From positions 4,030,001-4,094,000 of the forward strand of contig JAGIQG010000040.1 of the NCBI GenBank assembly GCA_024679065.1: DNA of 64,000 nucleotides. Direction: 5' to 3'. A program made the translations under genes and the position numbers. The notes under the pieces were generated by a model. It had not been told where the DNA came from and searched no databases. It worked only from the letters and a program-made list of their open reading frames with translations. This stretch comes from Sphyrna mokarran. Lineage: Eukaryota. Below, piece after piece: positions 1 through 12,900 of this stretch. Each line of letters starts with the position of its first letter. Position 1 is the first letter of the stretch.

Positions 1-307
1 TCACACTGAAAACTGAAATAACATCTGTAATACATCAGTTACAAATTCAGAACTATAAACTGAGAAAATTTTACTGATAGAGTCACTAAGAGCAGATACT
101 GTATTTGTGTCATTCGGAGATTTTGATAATCAGATGTGGTAAATCTACAGCTTCCAGAATTCAACTCATTGCTTGATTCGTAAAAGAAAGGTACAATAAT
201 GAAGTAGATGTCGATGATGCGGGACATTAATGTTAAAGTTTTTAATCAGTGAAACATTGAGAGATTTTCAAATCCATTCTGCCAGTTTGAAATGTGAGTG
301 GATCGAA

Positions 308-444
308 TCATCTCACCTTCACCAGAGTGACTGCGGTGCTGTAGAAAATGCTCAGGAAGAACAGGAAGATGAATGTGGAAGCTGTTGTCCAGCTGTTGCT
401 GTTATCATCCTCATTGTCGTTAATCCAGCTGGGGTCGGTGGAGT
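308..444 (-). CDS. IGHM: IgM heavy-chain transmembrane exon
   Basis: Acceptor ctgcag at 450-445; translates (D)STDPSWINDNEDDNSNSWTTASTFIFLFFLSIFYSTAVTLVK, the conserved Ig TM motif; followed by GTGAGATGA (GT donor at 316-315, or read-through V-R-stop). Confidence 0.93.
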
Positions 445-899
445 CTGCAGAAGGGAGGCCAGGAAATGAAATTAGATTACTTTATTTATCCATGGAATCT
501 TACTGTTATTTTTCTTTCCCCGTTCTTCTACATGAGCAGTTAATTCATTATCTTGTATAATTTTCAATGTATATCTACTGTTAAATTCAGGACACTCAGT
601 AACCGATCTCCGCAAATATTTTCGCACCTGATCTTTATTTGCATTCCTTGGACAGTCCATGTCAGAAGCATTGAAGATATTTTCTTGAGTGTCTGTTCAT
701 TTTTGAATTGTTTGTCACTATCCCTTATTGAAGAACGTTATGATTGATCACGTTCACTGATCAATGATTGTTTTCACAGATGGTTACTGATCTGTAAACT
801 GTGAATCCTGCTGTTTAAGAGCTGGAATGCAATTTCTGATCTTTTCTCATTGATAGTGGAAATAGTTAGTAGATCATTGGCTTGAATTCAGTTTCTCAA

Positions 900-2309
900 C
901 ATATTTATCGGTGCAATTTGCGTTTGTGTGCGTATGCATGAGCACCTCGTGGCCTGCATTAACTTTTGGTCCTGCGTTAATGTGTGTGCATGAGGGTTAA
1001 TGAAAGTGTTCATTTGCCTGTGCTTGTCATTTATGTAGTTGTGTGTCTGCGTCTGTGTACATTTTATTCTGCTGATATCGTGGCAGAATGTTCTTATTGT
1101 GTGAAGTCATTTAGTAATTATTAAGTAAATTAGTTACTAATGCCACTTACAGTGTGTGCATGTGATCATGCCTATTTTAATGTGTTAATTTCTGTCACAC
1201 GAATATGGTTTCCTTCCCAATCTCTGTGTGTCTGTTCCTCCGTCTGTTTGTGTGCATGTCTATTAACATGTTAGTGTATGTATATCTGTGTTGATGGCGC
1301 TTCAGAACGATGTGTTGATGTATGTTTGTGTTTCCATGTGTAGCAATGTGTGCTTATAGTGTTCTGTATGACCATGCGTATTTGGGTATAAAAAATTTGA
1401 CTCTCTGACCAACTACATGCAATCTGTTAATGTGTTTATATGTATTTTCCATGTTTGAGTGTTCATGTGTAGAACATTTCGTGTCTCTGTATCTGTATTC
1501 CTGTCAGCGTGAATTTCTGATAACATGTACTTATCTGAGTGTATGTGTATGTTTGTATAGGTATGTGGATCTGCGTGCATGTGCATCTGTCTGTAATGTG
1601 AATATGCATGTACCTGTTTGAGCTTGGTTCTATGTACCTATTCACGTATGTTTATGTTTGTGTGTACTTGTGTGTTTGCATTTCCATATGCGTGTGTATG
1701 TTTTTGTACATATTTGATTATTTGTGTGCATGTTGTTTTTCTGCCTGTTTGTACAAGTGCACGTTAATGTGTATGCGTGTGGTATGTACGTGTGTATCTG
1801 TGTGCAAGTGTATGCATTTGTGTGTGTGTACAAGTGCATGTTAATGTGTGCACGTGTGTGTGTGTAAATGTGCGCATATGCTGAGAGAGAGAAAGAATGT
1901 AGATGTTCCTTTGTACATTTCTGCATGGATGTATTTGTGTCTGTGCATATTTGTGTATGTGTATATTTTTGATCGCGTATGTGTTGTCCATGAGTGTACC
2001 TGTGTGAGCGTCCTTTTTTGAGTTCGTTTGTGCATATCTTGCATGTACTTATGGTGTGTGAATGCATGCATGTTTCTCTGTGTTTTATGTATATATTTAT
2101 GTTTGTTATGCATTTGTGTGCTTCTGTGTTTGTATTTGAATGTGCTTGCCCGTTTTTCTGTATATGTATGTGTGTGGCGGAGGGGGCGGTGCGGGGATGC
2201 AGGGTATGTCGTTTGTGTGTACTACATGTGACTTTCTGTATTTGTTGCATAAGTGTGAGTATATGTATTTGTGCCTGTATTTGTGCATTTGTGTCGATGT
2301 GTGCGTGCA

Positions 2310-2345
<36 letters not shown>

Positions 2346-2430
2346 CGCAAGCGCAAGCGCAAGCGCTCACGCCTATGTGTGCATTTATAATTATGGCACT
2401 TCTGTGTAGTATTATTAGCGTGTGTATTTT
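900..2430. repeat. Degenerate (TG)n low-complexity tract ending in (TG)n(CG)n
   Basis: Imperfect TG/TATG/TGCA repeats; pure alternating run at ~2310-2348; explains the Cys/Val- and His/Thr-rich spurious ORFs. Confidence 0.9.
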
Positions 2431-3476
2431 TTACCTGTTGCTCCAAGTCTCACTGCAATCATTAACTGAACATGATCCAAACAACATGAGCAATGGACTA
2501 TATTTTGGGCGTTTGCTGCATGAATTTCTTTTATGCGAGTGCCATGGTGATATCAGGAGAGCGAATGAAATAATTCATTTATGCATCTCAGAAACCTCAG
2601 GGATAGATCAGTAAAAATCGGAGAGGATTCTATTATTTGTTTCAATTTGTATTATGGGAAATCAGTGTCAGCACATGATTAACAGGATCAAGAGTGTTGA
2701 AACATTATGTTTAAATTATGTTGCATAGCATATATGTGTTAAATGATTAAGGTAATGATATTTCCTAGAGCAAGGATATTCATCTAGAGCAAGGAGACCG
2801 GAAGCTAATTTGGATTGTTGGATACTTATATTGATAGCCATCCACTTCCAAACACTTGGGAAGAGGGAGGAGAGTGAGCTCATTGTTTCCCTCTCTCCAC
2901 CTGGTGAAGCAATGTCCCTCATGGTTCTAACCACTGAGGAGGTGGAGATACAAAGGATTAAACAATGATGTTTCTTCTCTTTACATTGAGGAAACGGTAG
3001 TACACGGGTTAGCTGTTGCCCCTCCCCTCTCTTGTAGGGTGAGTAGGAATCCGGTATATTAACAATTTCACTCTCCCTCTCTCTCATGGGGCGATTGTTG
3101 CTCCATGTTTCTCACTTCAGTTTTGAGTGGGTTTGGTGCAGCAGCTTAAAGTTGGCATCAAAGGTAAAGGCATAGACAATGAGAGCAGCAAGAACACCGA
3201 GGTCTAACTGCTGTGTTTGTCAGAAATGTTGAAATTGTTGGATTTTTCCTCGGCGGGAGGAAAGTCAATGAAGTTATTTTGCAGAATCCTGCAATGAATG
3301 TTCTGCACTCAGTCTCTAACCCAGAGTGTATCTGAGCAGGGTACACTGGTTCAATAAAACTTGGGTTCGAGACCTGAAAATACCTGACTCAAACCAAAGA
3401 TATCTAATAGAAGTAAAACTGAAAAAAAAATCACTAAAGCAATTGGGTATTTCACTTATCATTAGAGGAAAGACAT

Positions 3477-3490
3477 TTTATTCTTTTATT
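3477..3490 (-). terminator. Polyadenylation signals of the secreted mu mRNA
   Basis: Two AATAAA on the minus strand (tttatt at 3477-3482 and 3485-3490), 20-30 nt after the Cmu4 stop codon. Confidence 0.75.
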
Positions 3491-3508
3491 GAAGTTTTTT
3501 AATGTAAC

Positions 3509-3900
3509 TCAATCGCACGGCTGAACGATGTTCATCAGTGCACGGGAAATGTTCACAAAACTGGGTTTACCGCTGGATTTGTCAACTGTTCTGCGCATGG
3601 TCTTCAAGGGAATGGCTTCATGTCCCACCACACAAGAGTAAGAAGAGCCGCTGGACCATTCCTCTGCTGCAATGGATAACAGGCTGTACATGAAGAAGGA
3701 GTTATTGCCGTTTTCCGCCATCACCTCGGTGTTCCTATACTTCATGGGATTCACCAGCTTGTCGTTGACGGTCCACTTGATGAAGATCTCTCGTGGGGAG
3801 AAGCCTCTCACTAAACAGCTGAGGGAGACGAATCTCTGAGCGGAGATTTCTTCTGCCCAGGGCAGGAGGACAGAGACAGACGGTTTCTGCGGATTTGGAT
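3509..3900 (-). CDS. IGHM: IgM Cmu4 exon plus secretory tailpiece
   Basis: Acceptor ctgcag at 3906-3901; [38 protein letters not shown]; internal donor G|gtaaac at 3571/3570 for splicing to TM; tail [20 protein letters not shown] with penultimate Cys. Confidence 0.96.
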
Positions 3901-4398
3901 CTGCAGAAAATGTACAATAAATTTCAATTAACTTGCGAAATTGGAGACAATGAAATCGCTGGCTGGATATCAGAAAAATGTGCTTCACTTTCGATTTTAA
4001 ACGTTTCCATTTTTGACTTCCAACTTGGAAGAGGGGTGGACACAATCGTTTTCTCAAATAACTCAGGGGTTGGACTGGGAAGTTTCAGAAAGTATGCAGC
4101 ACAGAATCAGGCTACTCGGCTAGAATGATCTGTTTTTTTTAGTTTTCTGGTTTTTATGCTCCACATTAGGCTGCTCCCTCCATATTCGATCTAAACACAA
4201 CAAATCGCCTTCAGTTCACTTTTCATTCATCAGCACTTCAAATTTCCCCGTAAAAATATCGACAGTCTGAGAGTGTTTAGTTAGTAGGTTTTCCACTCAG
4301 GGGAGACCATTAATGCACTGAATACTAAATATTGACCAATACACTTCCACTGGAAATAGACACAGTAACACATTTATTGCTTCAATCTCTCAACTCAC

Positions 4399-4707
4399 CT
4401 GTTTCCTTGCGAATGGATTTTCTTAACGGAGTCGGAAGATCTTGATGGCTCACCACGCAGTCAAACACAGTTCCACTCAGCCAGGATTGGGTGGAGATGT
4501 TTAAGTTGCTGACCACGCTGTCACCGTCCTCCCCAGGCGTTTTTGCAATCTCTGATTTCAGATAATTCCTGTCTTGGATCCAAGACACGTTGACTCCATG
4601 AGGAGAATTGGAAATGATGCAGGTTAAGGTCACGGTCGCCTCCAGTAAGACCTGCTCTATTGGAGGTGGCTGTATCCTCACTGTGGAATCATGGCAGTGG
4701 GAAGAAT
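4399..4707 (-). CDS. IGHM: IgM Cmu3 exon
   Basis: AG/GT-bounded 309-nt phase-1 exon; [36 protein letters not shown]. Confidence 0.96.
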
Positions 4708-5139
4708 CTGTAAATGACAAATGAAAATCAACCTAGTTCCCCCTCAGAAGCAGGACAGCAATCTTCAGCCCGAAAGAGACGAACTCACCTTCAATGTATC
4801 AAGCTCTAATTATCGCCTTTCAAATTCTATGGCGGATGGAAAACTAGGTTGCTCTTTGAAATTATTCCCTTTATTAAAGTATTGTAGCAGCGATATCATT
4901 TTCATGTATTAGCATTCCCAAACAAATGCACCATCCTGAACTCAGGAAAAAGAAGTACTGGCCTTTGGTTTATAAACAGGATGGATGCACTTTCCAATAT
5001 TTCACCCCTATGCTGTGACCTGTGAAACAATCCGACATCTACTGTCTCTCCAAATCTTACTCGCTGTCTCAGGAAAAAGCTGTCATCAAGGCCAACTTGC
5101 TGACTATATCACTTCAAAGTGGAAGGGAGCACTCGTTCA

Positions 5140-5435
5140 AGGGGAGGCAGTGGCATGATGGTGTTGTCAATGGACTTGTAAACTGGACCAACACTCTGGG
5201 GACAAGGATTTGATTCTCACCACTGCAAATATGAAATTTGAATTCTGTGAAAACCTATAATTAAAGGTCAAAAGATCATCGTGAAGCCATTGTTGTAAAA
5301 CACTTCCTGGTTCACAAATGCTCTTTAGCAAAGTAAATCTGCTGTCTTTATCTGGCCTGGCATGCATGTCACTCCAAATCCACAGCAACGTGATTGACAT
5401 TTAAGTGCCCTAAGGAATGGGAAATAAATGCATAT
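5140..5435 (+). mobile_element. SINE remnant (DeuSINE/SacSINE-like)
   Basis: Similar to the copy at ~25630-25950; tRNA-like head and LINE-like tail. Confidence 0.55.
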
Positions 5436-5620
5436 CTCATGGAGATAAAAAAAACAAAAATTGTTTTTGTGATGAAATTCTGAATAATGCATTGCCGTGA
5501 TGCAGCAAACTACATGACAATAACTTAGAAATTGTTCTCTGCTTTGTACTAACTTTAATAGATCCCTATTTTCGATTAACATTAAAATGATATATTTTGT
5601 CCTCGGTTAGAGTCTCTTAC

Positions 5621-5926
5621 CCAGAGTTGCGCTGATGTTCTGACTCTGGGTGAATCCTTGATGAGTGACCTGGCAGGTATAGACCGTTTTACTGAACCAA
5701 TCCCGAGCGGAGACTGTCAGCCGACTGCTGGCCGAGACATTTCCGTTCACTTCACAGGCGGGAGAGTTGACAATTCCTGAATCCGTGGGTTGTCCATTCT
5801 TCAGCCACTTCACCGTCATTGACTTTGGCTGGAAATCAATTATTGAACAGACGATGGTTGCAAATTTTCTGCTTATCATTTCTTCATTGGAACTCACGGT
5901 GAGGATAACAGTTGGGCTGATGTTGC
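5621..5926 (-). CDS. IGHM: IgM Cmu2 exon
   Basis: 306-nt phase-1 exon; [34 protein letters not shown]. Confidence 0.96.
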
Positions 5927-6029
5927 CTTTAACAAACACATGTTTAGACGTTACTTGATGATTCAATTGACAACAATTAAAACTAGTTCTTTTATTTTAG
6001 CACCGTAGCGGCTGATCTGAGAATTATAC

Positions 6030-6620
6030 CATGATTTGGTTGAATTAGTAGGGAAATGGCGATTGGAATTCAACCGTCAAAAGTGTCACCAAATGCATTT
6101 GGTAAGGGGAAAAAAGTAAGGGAATAGTCAACAAAATTGGAAGTTGAGAGGGATTGAGAAAATGCAAAACCTTAGAGTGCATGTCCACATTTCCTTGTAG
6201 ATGATAGGGCAGCTGGACAAGTTCATCAAGAAAGCATATCGGATTAGTTCCTCTGTTATGTGAGGTATAGAATATAAAAACAATGATGCAATGTTGGAGA
6301 TGTATAAAACACTAGTTAGGCTACGTTTCGAGTTTTTATACAGTTCTAGTCACCATGTTACAGAAATGATGTAATTACGCTGGAAAGAAATGAGGTTTAC
6401 AAGAATGTTGCCAAGGCCTGAAAATTGCAGCCACGGGGCGAGATTGGATAGGCAGAAGTTGGTCTCCTCAGAGGAAGAGGAGGCTGAGGCGTGACGTAGA
6501 TGTGGTTGACAAAATTATAAGGGACGTAGGCAGAAATGATTCATTCCCCACGTGGAGTGCTCTGTTACCAGGTAGCGCAGTCATTAAAAGGTATCTTGTT
6601 CTGCGTCTCAAGTGTTTTAA
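6030..6620 (+). mobile_element. Decayed CR1 LINE fragment (end of RT)
   Basis: Degenerate similarity to the LYKTLVRP..FWSP region of the younger CR1 copies. Confidence 0.7.
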
Positions 6621-6891
6621 CTGCAATGTTAATGAGGAAGGACTGGTAAATGAGCTTAAAATTTCTGGCCAGTTTATTTGTTGTCCCTGTTGGCCAGCAC
6701 AGACATGATGGCCTCATTCTACGCAGTAACATTTCCATTGTTCTTTGCTTCTCAGCAACTTTTCGGTCAGTAGACATCACCTGGATTTTGCATAATTCAA
6801 TTTTTTTCAGAATGCTACAAGTCAGTTATAACTAAGGTATTATACAGTTCAATCACAGCGTCCTGTCTTGCCCAGGTTCCATAACACTTAC

Positions 6892-7191
6892 ATTGCATGC
6901 TGATGCTCTTGACTGAACCGCTGTGTCGAACCTCACAGTCGATTTTGCTGCATCCTCCCTCTGACTTGGTGATGGTTAACTGGCTGCTCAGGGTATAGGT
7001 TCCCTTCGTGTTTCTCACTGATGGGTAAGTCTTAAACCCAGTGGTGATCGGCTGTCCATTTTTCTTCCAAGCGAGACTGGTAATTTCTGGAGAATAGTCT
7101 ATCGCCAAACAGCCATAGATGACGGAGCCGTCGGTATTGTGGCGCCCACAGGAGGGGATCAAGCTGTAGAGAGTGGGTGGAGACGGTGTCG
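6892..7191 (-). CDS. IGHM: IgM Cmu1 exon
   Basis: 300-nt phase-1 exon; [40 protein letters not shown]; the early Cys that can pair with light chain is present. Confidence 0.96.
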
Positions 7192-7989
7192 CTGGGAAAA
7201 ATTAGCCGAATGAAAAAGTCAGATTGTTACTTGCGTTTATTAATTAGTCAAACATTTTTATACAATTTATTTTTCTATCAGATATAGAACTTGGGGCTAA
7301 AGGGATGAGTAATAGGTGAGATCGACATTGATGAGCCATGATCAAAGTGAATGACAGACAGGCTCAAAGGGCGAATAGCCTACTCCTGCTTCTATTTTTT
7401 ATGTTTCTACATCACGATTTGACTAGAATTATGAACTTATCCTCGTATTTCCCGATTAAAATCTACATCCACCTTTGAGATTCTGTTACTTCTATCATTT
7501 GGGAATCGTCATCTCTGTAGAACATCCTTGTCTCCACATCTATCAGACTGGAAAGAAAAAAAACATTTTGATGCGATCGAAATGGCAGACCATTACTTAG
7601 TATAAAATAGAAGAGTAAAAATTTTCTTCATTATTTCAGCGATTAATTATTTCTCAAACAGCAACACTTCGTGATGAAGAAATTGCCTCTTAATTCATGT
7701 CATCACTCACCCGATGAAGGAGCAGCACTCCGAAAGCTTGTGATTCCAATTAAACCTGAATGGTGACTTTGCTTCAAAACTATCTCCGGAATGAATATTT
7801 ACAGAATGAACAGAAAACTCTAAATATGATTACCAGTTCAAATAATTGCAACATTGACACTTGAAAGATCATGCATTAATAGCAAGAAGATGATCATTCG
7901 GGCCCTGAGATCTTCTCCATTCTTCAATCAGATTATGGCTGAGTTGATTGTGGTGCTCGCCCTATCTTCCATTTTCCGCCAATAACCCA

Positions 7990-9905
7990 CTCTCTGGCCC
8001 TTTCCTCAGGCTGTCTGCCCTTTTCTGTGGCACTTTTCCTCCTCCCCAGCTCTCTGCACTCCTTCCCCCAACTCCCCCTCCTCCCCTAGTTCGCTGCCGT
8101 CTCTCCCAGCTTTCTGCCCTCTGCCCCAGCTCTATACCCACTTAACCCTTCACGCTTTCCCCCGGGTCATTAAATTTCCGCGGTGCTTTTGCTCTCTGCC
8201 ACCTGTCCCAGCTCTCCATGCTTTCCCTTAGCTTTCTATCCTTTTCAGGGCTCTTTACCATTTCTCCTGGCTTTCTGCACCTTTCCCTGTCTCTCTCTAC
8301 CCTTTTGCCCGCCTCTTTGCTCTTCCTGCTACCTTTCTGCCCTTTCACACGCAAACTGTTCTCTCCCCGGCCCTTTGCCATTTTCCCTGGCCCCGAGCCC
8401 CTAGTGATTCCCTCCAACTCCCAAGGTAGCTCCCACATTTGAACACAAAGTATCAATTCAGCTCTCTCTCTCTCCCTCGTTGCAGTCATGCTCATACTGA
8501 ATTTGAGAGTGTAAGCGAGACAATGTGAGTGCGTGAAGGGAAGTGACTGAATGAGTGACAGTTGTTCAGTGACGGAAGGTGAGTGAGTAAGAGAGAGCGT
8601 GAATGACGCTCTTTGAGTAAGGATGAGTGAGGTGAATGATTAAATAAGGGTGACGGTGAGAGGAAGTGAGTGAATGAAGGTGTATGAGAGAGGATATGGG
8701 AGTGAAGGTGGCTGAATGTCTGAGTGAGGAATGTGAGTAACGGTGTGTAAATGAAGGTGATGAACTGAGGTTATATGAGTGGCGGTGGGTGTGTGAGTCA
8801 GTATGAGAGTTAAGGAGAGTGGATGAGTGAAGGAGAGTGAGTGAAGGTGTTTGAAGCGGATGAGTGATTGTGAGTGAGTGAGTAAGGGTGACTGAGAGTG
8901 AGTGAATGAGGGTGGGTAAGTGGGTGCGTGTGAGAAAGGTTGAGTATGAGAGTTGGTACGTGACTAAGGCTGTGAGTTAGTGAGGATTAGAGAATGAGGA
9001 TGAGTGAATGAGAGTGAGCAGCTGAGGGGGAATGAGTCATGGTAATTGAGGATAAAAGAGTGAATTAGAGTGATGGTGTGTGAGTGAGCACGCTGAATGA
9101 GTGAGGATGGGTATAAGATTTTGATAGGTATACACAGAGTGAATGCAAGCAAGCTTTTTCCACTGAGGCTACGGGAGAAAAAAAAACAGAGGGCATGGAT
9201 TAAGTGTGAATGGAGAAAAGTTTAAAGGGAATATTGGAGGGGGGGGAACTTGTTCACACAGAGAGCGATGGGAGTGTGGAATAAGCTGCCAGTTAAGTTG
9301 TAAATGCGGGGTCACTTGTAACATTTAAGAAAAACTTGGACGTGTTCATGGATGAGAGGTATGGAGGGATATGGTTCAAGTGCAGGTCCGTGAGACTAGG
9401 CAAAAAATGGTTCCGTACAGACAAGAAAGGCCAAAAGGTCTGTTTCTAAGCTGTAATTTTCTATGGTTTCTACGGATGAGGATGAGTGAGTGAATATGAG
9501 TGAGTGAAGGTGTGAGGGTGAGGGAATTAGGGTAAGTGAGCGTTGGTTAGGTTGAGTGTGAATTTGTAAGGACGAGTGACTAAGGGTGAGTGATTGATGG
9601 TAAGTAAATGAGGGTGTGTGTGTGTGTGTGTGTTTGAGTGAGTTAGGGTGAGTAGCTGAGGAAGGATGAGTGAGGGTGAGTGAGACTGGGTAAGTGAGTG
9701 AATGAGAGAGAGTGGATGAATGAGGATAGATGAATGAGGGTCAGTGAATGAGAAAGGGCAGGGATAAGCGTTGGAAAGCGTGTGAGGGTGGGTTAGTGAG
9801 GGTGGGTGAATGAGGGAGTGAGTGAATGAGGTTGTGTAAGTGAGTGAGGGCGAGAATGGATGATTGAATGCTTGGAAGTGAGTGAGGGTGTGAGGGTGAG
9901 TGAAC
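7990..9905. repeat. Pyrimidine-rich tract (7990-8480) followed by GAGT/GTGA-rich tandem low-complexity tract (8500-9905), with a CR1 3' fragment inserted at ~9150-9470
   Basis: Direct reading of CT-rich and then gtgagtgaatgag-type units. Confidence 0.85.
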
Positions 9906-12900
9906 ATTTCCCTGATGTTTTCCTGTAGCCACAACATTTATATAGTTTGTCCAGCTCAGTGTTTTGTCAATGGTAACTCCAGTGTGTGTTGACAGTGGGG
10001 GATTGATTGATGGTACTTTTATTGCATGTCATGGTGTGACAGATCATTTCTAACTGGAGATGGTCATTGCCTCCGTTCGTGTGGTGCGAATGTTACTGAT
10101 CACTTGTCAGCCCAAGCCTGGAGGAACTCCAGAACTTGCTTCATTGGATATGGACTATTTCATTTCCTGTGGAGTCGCATATGGTGCTGAGCATCGTGCA
10201 ATCATCAGCGAACATTCCTACTTCTGACCTTATATCGGAAGGAATGTCATTGATGAAGCAGTAGAATATTGATCCAGAACACTCCTCTGATAAACTCCTG
10301 CACTGTATCTGAACTTAGATGTTTGACCTCCAACAACCAATACCATCTTGCTTTGTGCAAAGTTTGACTCCAGAGAAGAGTTTCCCCCTATTCACACGAG
10401 TTTTACTCCAAATCAATCTAACACTCGTTTACTTGCTGCCTGGATGTGAAGGACAATTACTCGAGCACATGTGTGAGATGGAGAATGTGTGTGAGTATTT
10501 GCGTGTATATCTGAGTGTGTGTGCGAGAGAGAGAGAGAATATGATTTTGTGCATTTGTGTGTTTATATGTGTGAGAGTGTCTGATGCGTGTAAGTCTCTA
10601 TCTGGCTAACTCAGTTTCGAATATCACTCTCACAGTCCACACACACACATCCTCATCCACTCTCACAATGGATAACAAATGATCAGAATACGGACCGCGG
10701 GATTGGAAATAAACATTTAAATCTTACACAAATAAGTCTTAATTGAATAATTTCCATTTGCCTCAATCAGGGAAACTTGTAAAAAATAATCAGGAAATTC
10801 AACAGAATCCAGGTCAAAGCGACCTACAAGATTACCCGCCCCTTATTTACATTATTCGCTCTTTCCATCACCAATAAGCAATGACAGCAGTATGTATTAC
10901 ATAGAAGATGCACTGCAACAACTGAGCAAGACTCCATTCAAAGCATTGTCTAAACCCGCTGCCTTTACATCCTAGCAGGGCAAGGAGAGCAGTACATAGG
11001 AACACTACAACCCTCTAAGACACACACCATCCTGACTTGAAACAATATGTCAGTTCCTTCCCAGTCGCTTGGGTCAAAATCTTGGAACTCTGCGTAACAG
11101 CACGGAGAATGCAAACAGCATATGCACTGCAGTTATTCGAAGAGACTTAATGTCATTTTTCCCACGGAACAATTAGGGACAGATTTAAACTTCTGGCTTT
11201 GCAAATGACTCTAATTTGCCTTTAGAAATTAAAAATAAGGTACAAACGAATTTGATCCTCTAAGTACCCTACTAAACAGGTCAGGCACTGCGATAGTATG
11301 GAGTACAATATAGTAAATCTCCCTTTGTATTTGCTCTTCGAAAGTTTCCAAAACCGGTGCAACATGGTGAAAAATCGATTGAATCTCCTTCTATAGTCTG
11401 ACGTTTCTGCTCTTTCTAACTGTCACTCTTGTTTTGGAGACATCTCATTTCTGAGACGCCAAGTCAAGCATCAGATCAACCTGTCACATTTCTCACAGGT
11501 AAAAGTGTGTTGAAGAAATATATCAATTTTCACTCCCTAAAATACAGCAGAAGGAACCAGAAGATTTACAGCCAGTCAGGCAGATCCTTTGTGCCAACAC
11601 ACTGACCACACACACAGAAACAAAACAGACACAAACGGTGCAACAATCGAGTTCCCAGCAGGACAGATCTGTTCAATCTGCCAATTTCATTCAAACTATT
11701 TGATTATAATTGATCAATGATCAACTTAGAGCAACAGAAAATCAATGACTTCTTTTAAATTGAGCTGATATTCATTCCAAAACTCCATTCGACTTTTAAT
11801 TATTTCTGTCTGTCTGTCTCACTTCTCGAAAATTATATGAAATGTAATTTCCCTGAAAACGAGTCATCAAAAATAACAAATTCAAGACATTTCGATGTCC
11901 TTAACAGAGATGCAGTGATTCAGTAAGAATTAAACCAACCAAAAATTATTCACATTGAAAATCATTTTCTAATTTGATTTAATTTCTTAATTACATGTAA
12001 TCAACGAAATATTCGAGACAAATTACTTTATCGAGCTGAGTTATAGCAGAGTAAAGAAATGCTTTGTTTCTGAATTCATTTCCGATACTATTAAATATTC
12101 TCTAAAACGGATGATATTTTGCACGCCAGTGCACTATTCAAAATCTTTTGTTTTGGATTAATTAGCAACAATATTACAATTTATTGTTCATTGCCAGTTA
12201 GGTCTTCTGACAGCTGATTTCTACTCTGCAAAAAAATCAGTTTTTAATCATTCCAAACTTGCTTCTGTCTGAAACACTGTTAAAGAATTAGGTTCCAACT
12301 GAGTCTTGAACAATCTGGAACAATCTTAAACAACAAACTTCAAATCACTGAATGAATAGATTCAGAAATCTGTAATTCATTTGCTTAAATCTAATCACAC
12401 TGTAATATTTTACTTCTTCACTTTTACTCCAAACGTCTGATTATGACCTACAAACGTGTTAAAATGCAGATTTTTGAATTCGTTTATACTGTAACGGCCT
12501 GACAATTTTAGATCAAGAAAACTGTTTCTCCGTTTAATAATTTAGATTATCCATATAATTTAATTATTGAATATATTGATTAATTGAAGAAGGTCTGAAT
12601 TAATCAGCACAAGACACAATGAGGACAATTGATTCCAATCTTCTGCCACATTCAAACATGATGCAGAATATATAGGTCCAGACTTTTTCTTAGATATAAT
12701 ATTCAACAAGAATTAAACATGAGGTTCAGAGAGAATTATTTTTTTCTGTTCTGCCATTGATTCATCATTCAATTCTATCCTGTGTTCAGCAGTGGTGGGA
12801 GACAGGATATTATTATTAAGTGCAGAGAAAATATTATTTGTATAATATTTGAAATATTATAATTTTTTATATATATTAATTTTTTGAATTTCAAGTATTA

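Noticed and set aside
1430-2614. Long Cys/Val- or His/Thr-rich ORFs (also at 44925-45671)
   Set aside because: Translations of TG/CA low-complexity repeats
2716-3087. 123-aa ORF in the Cmu4-TM intron as an extra exon
   Set aside because: No Ig fold or matching splice sites; more likely a decayed retroelement fragment
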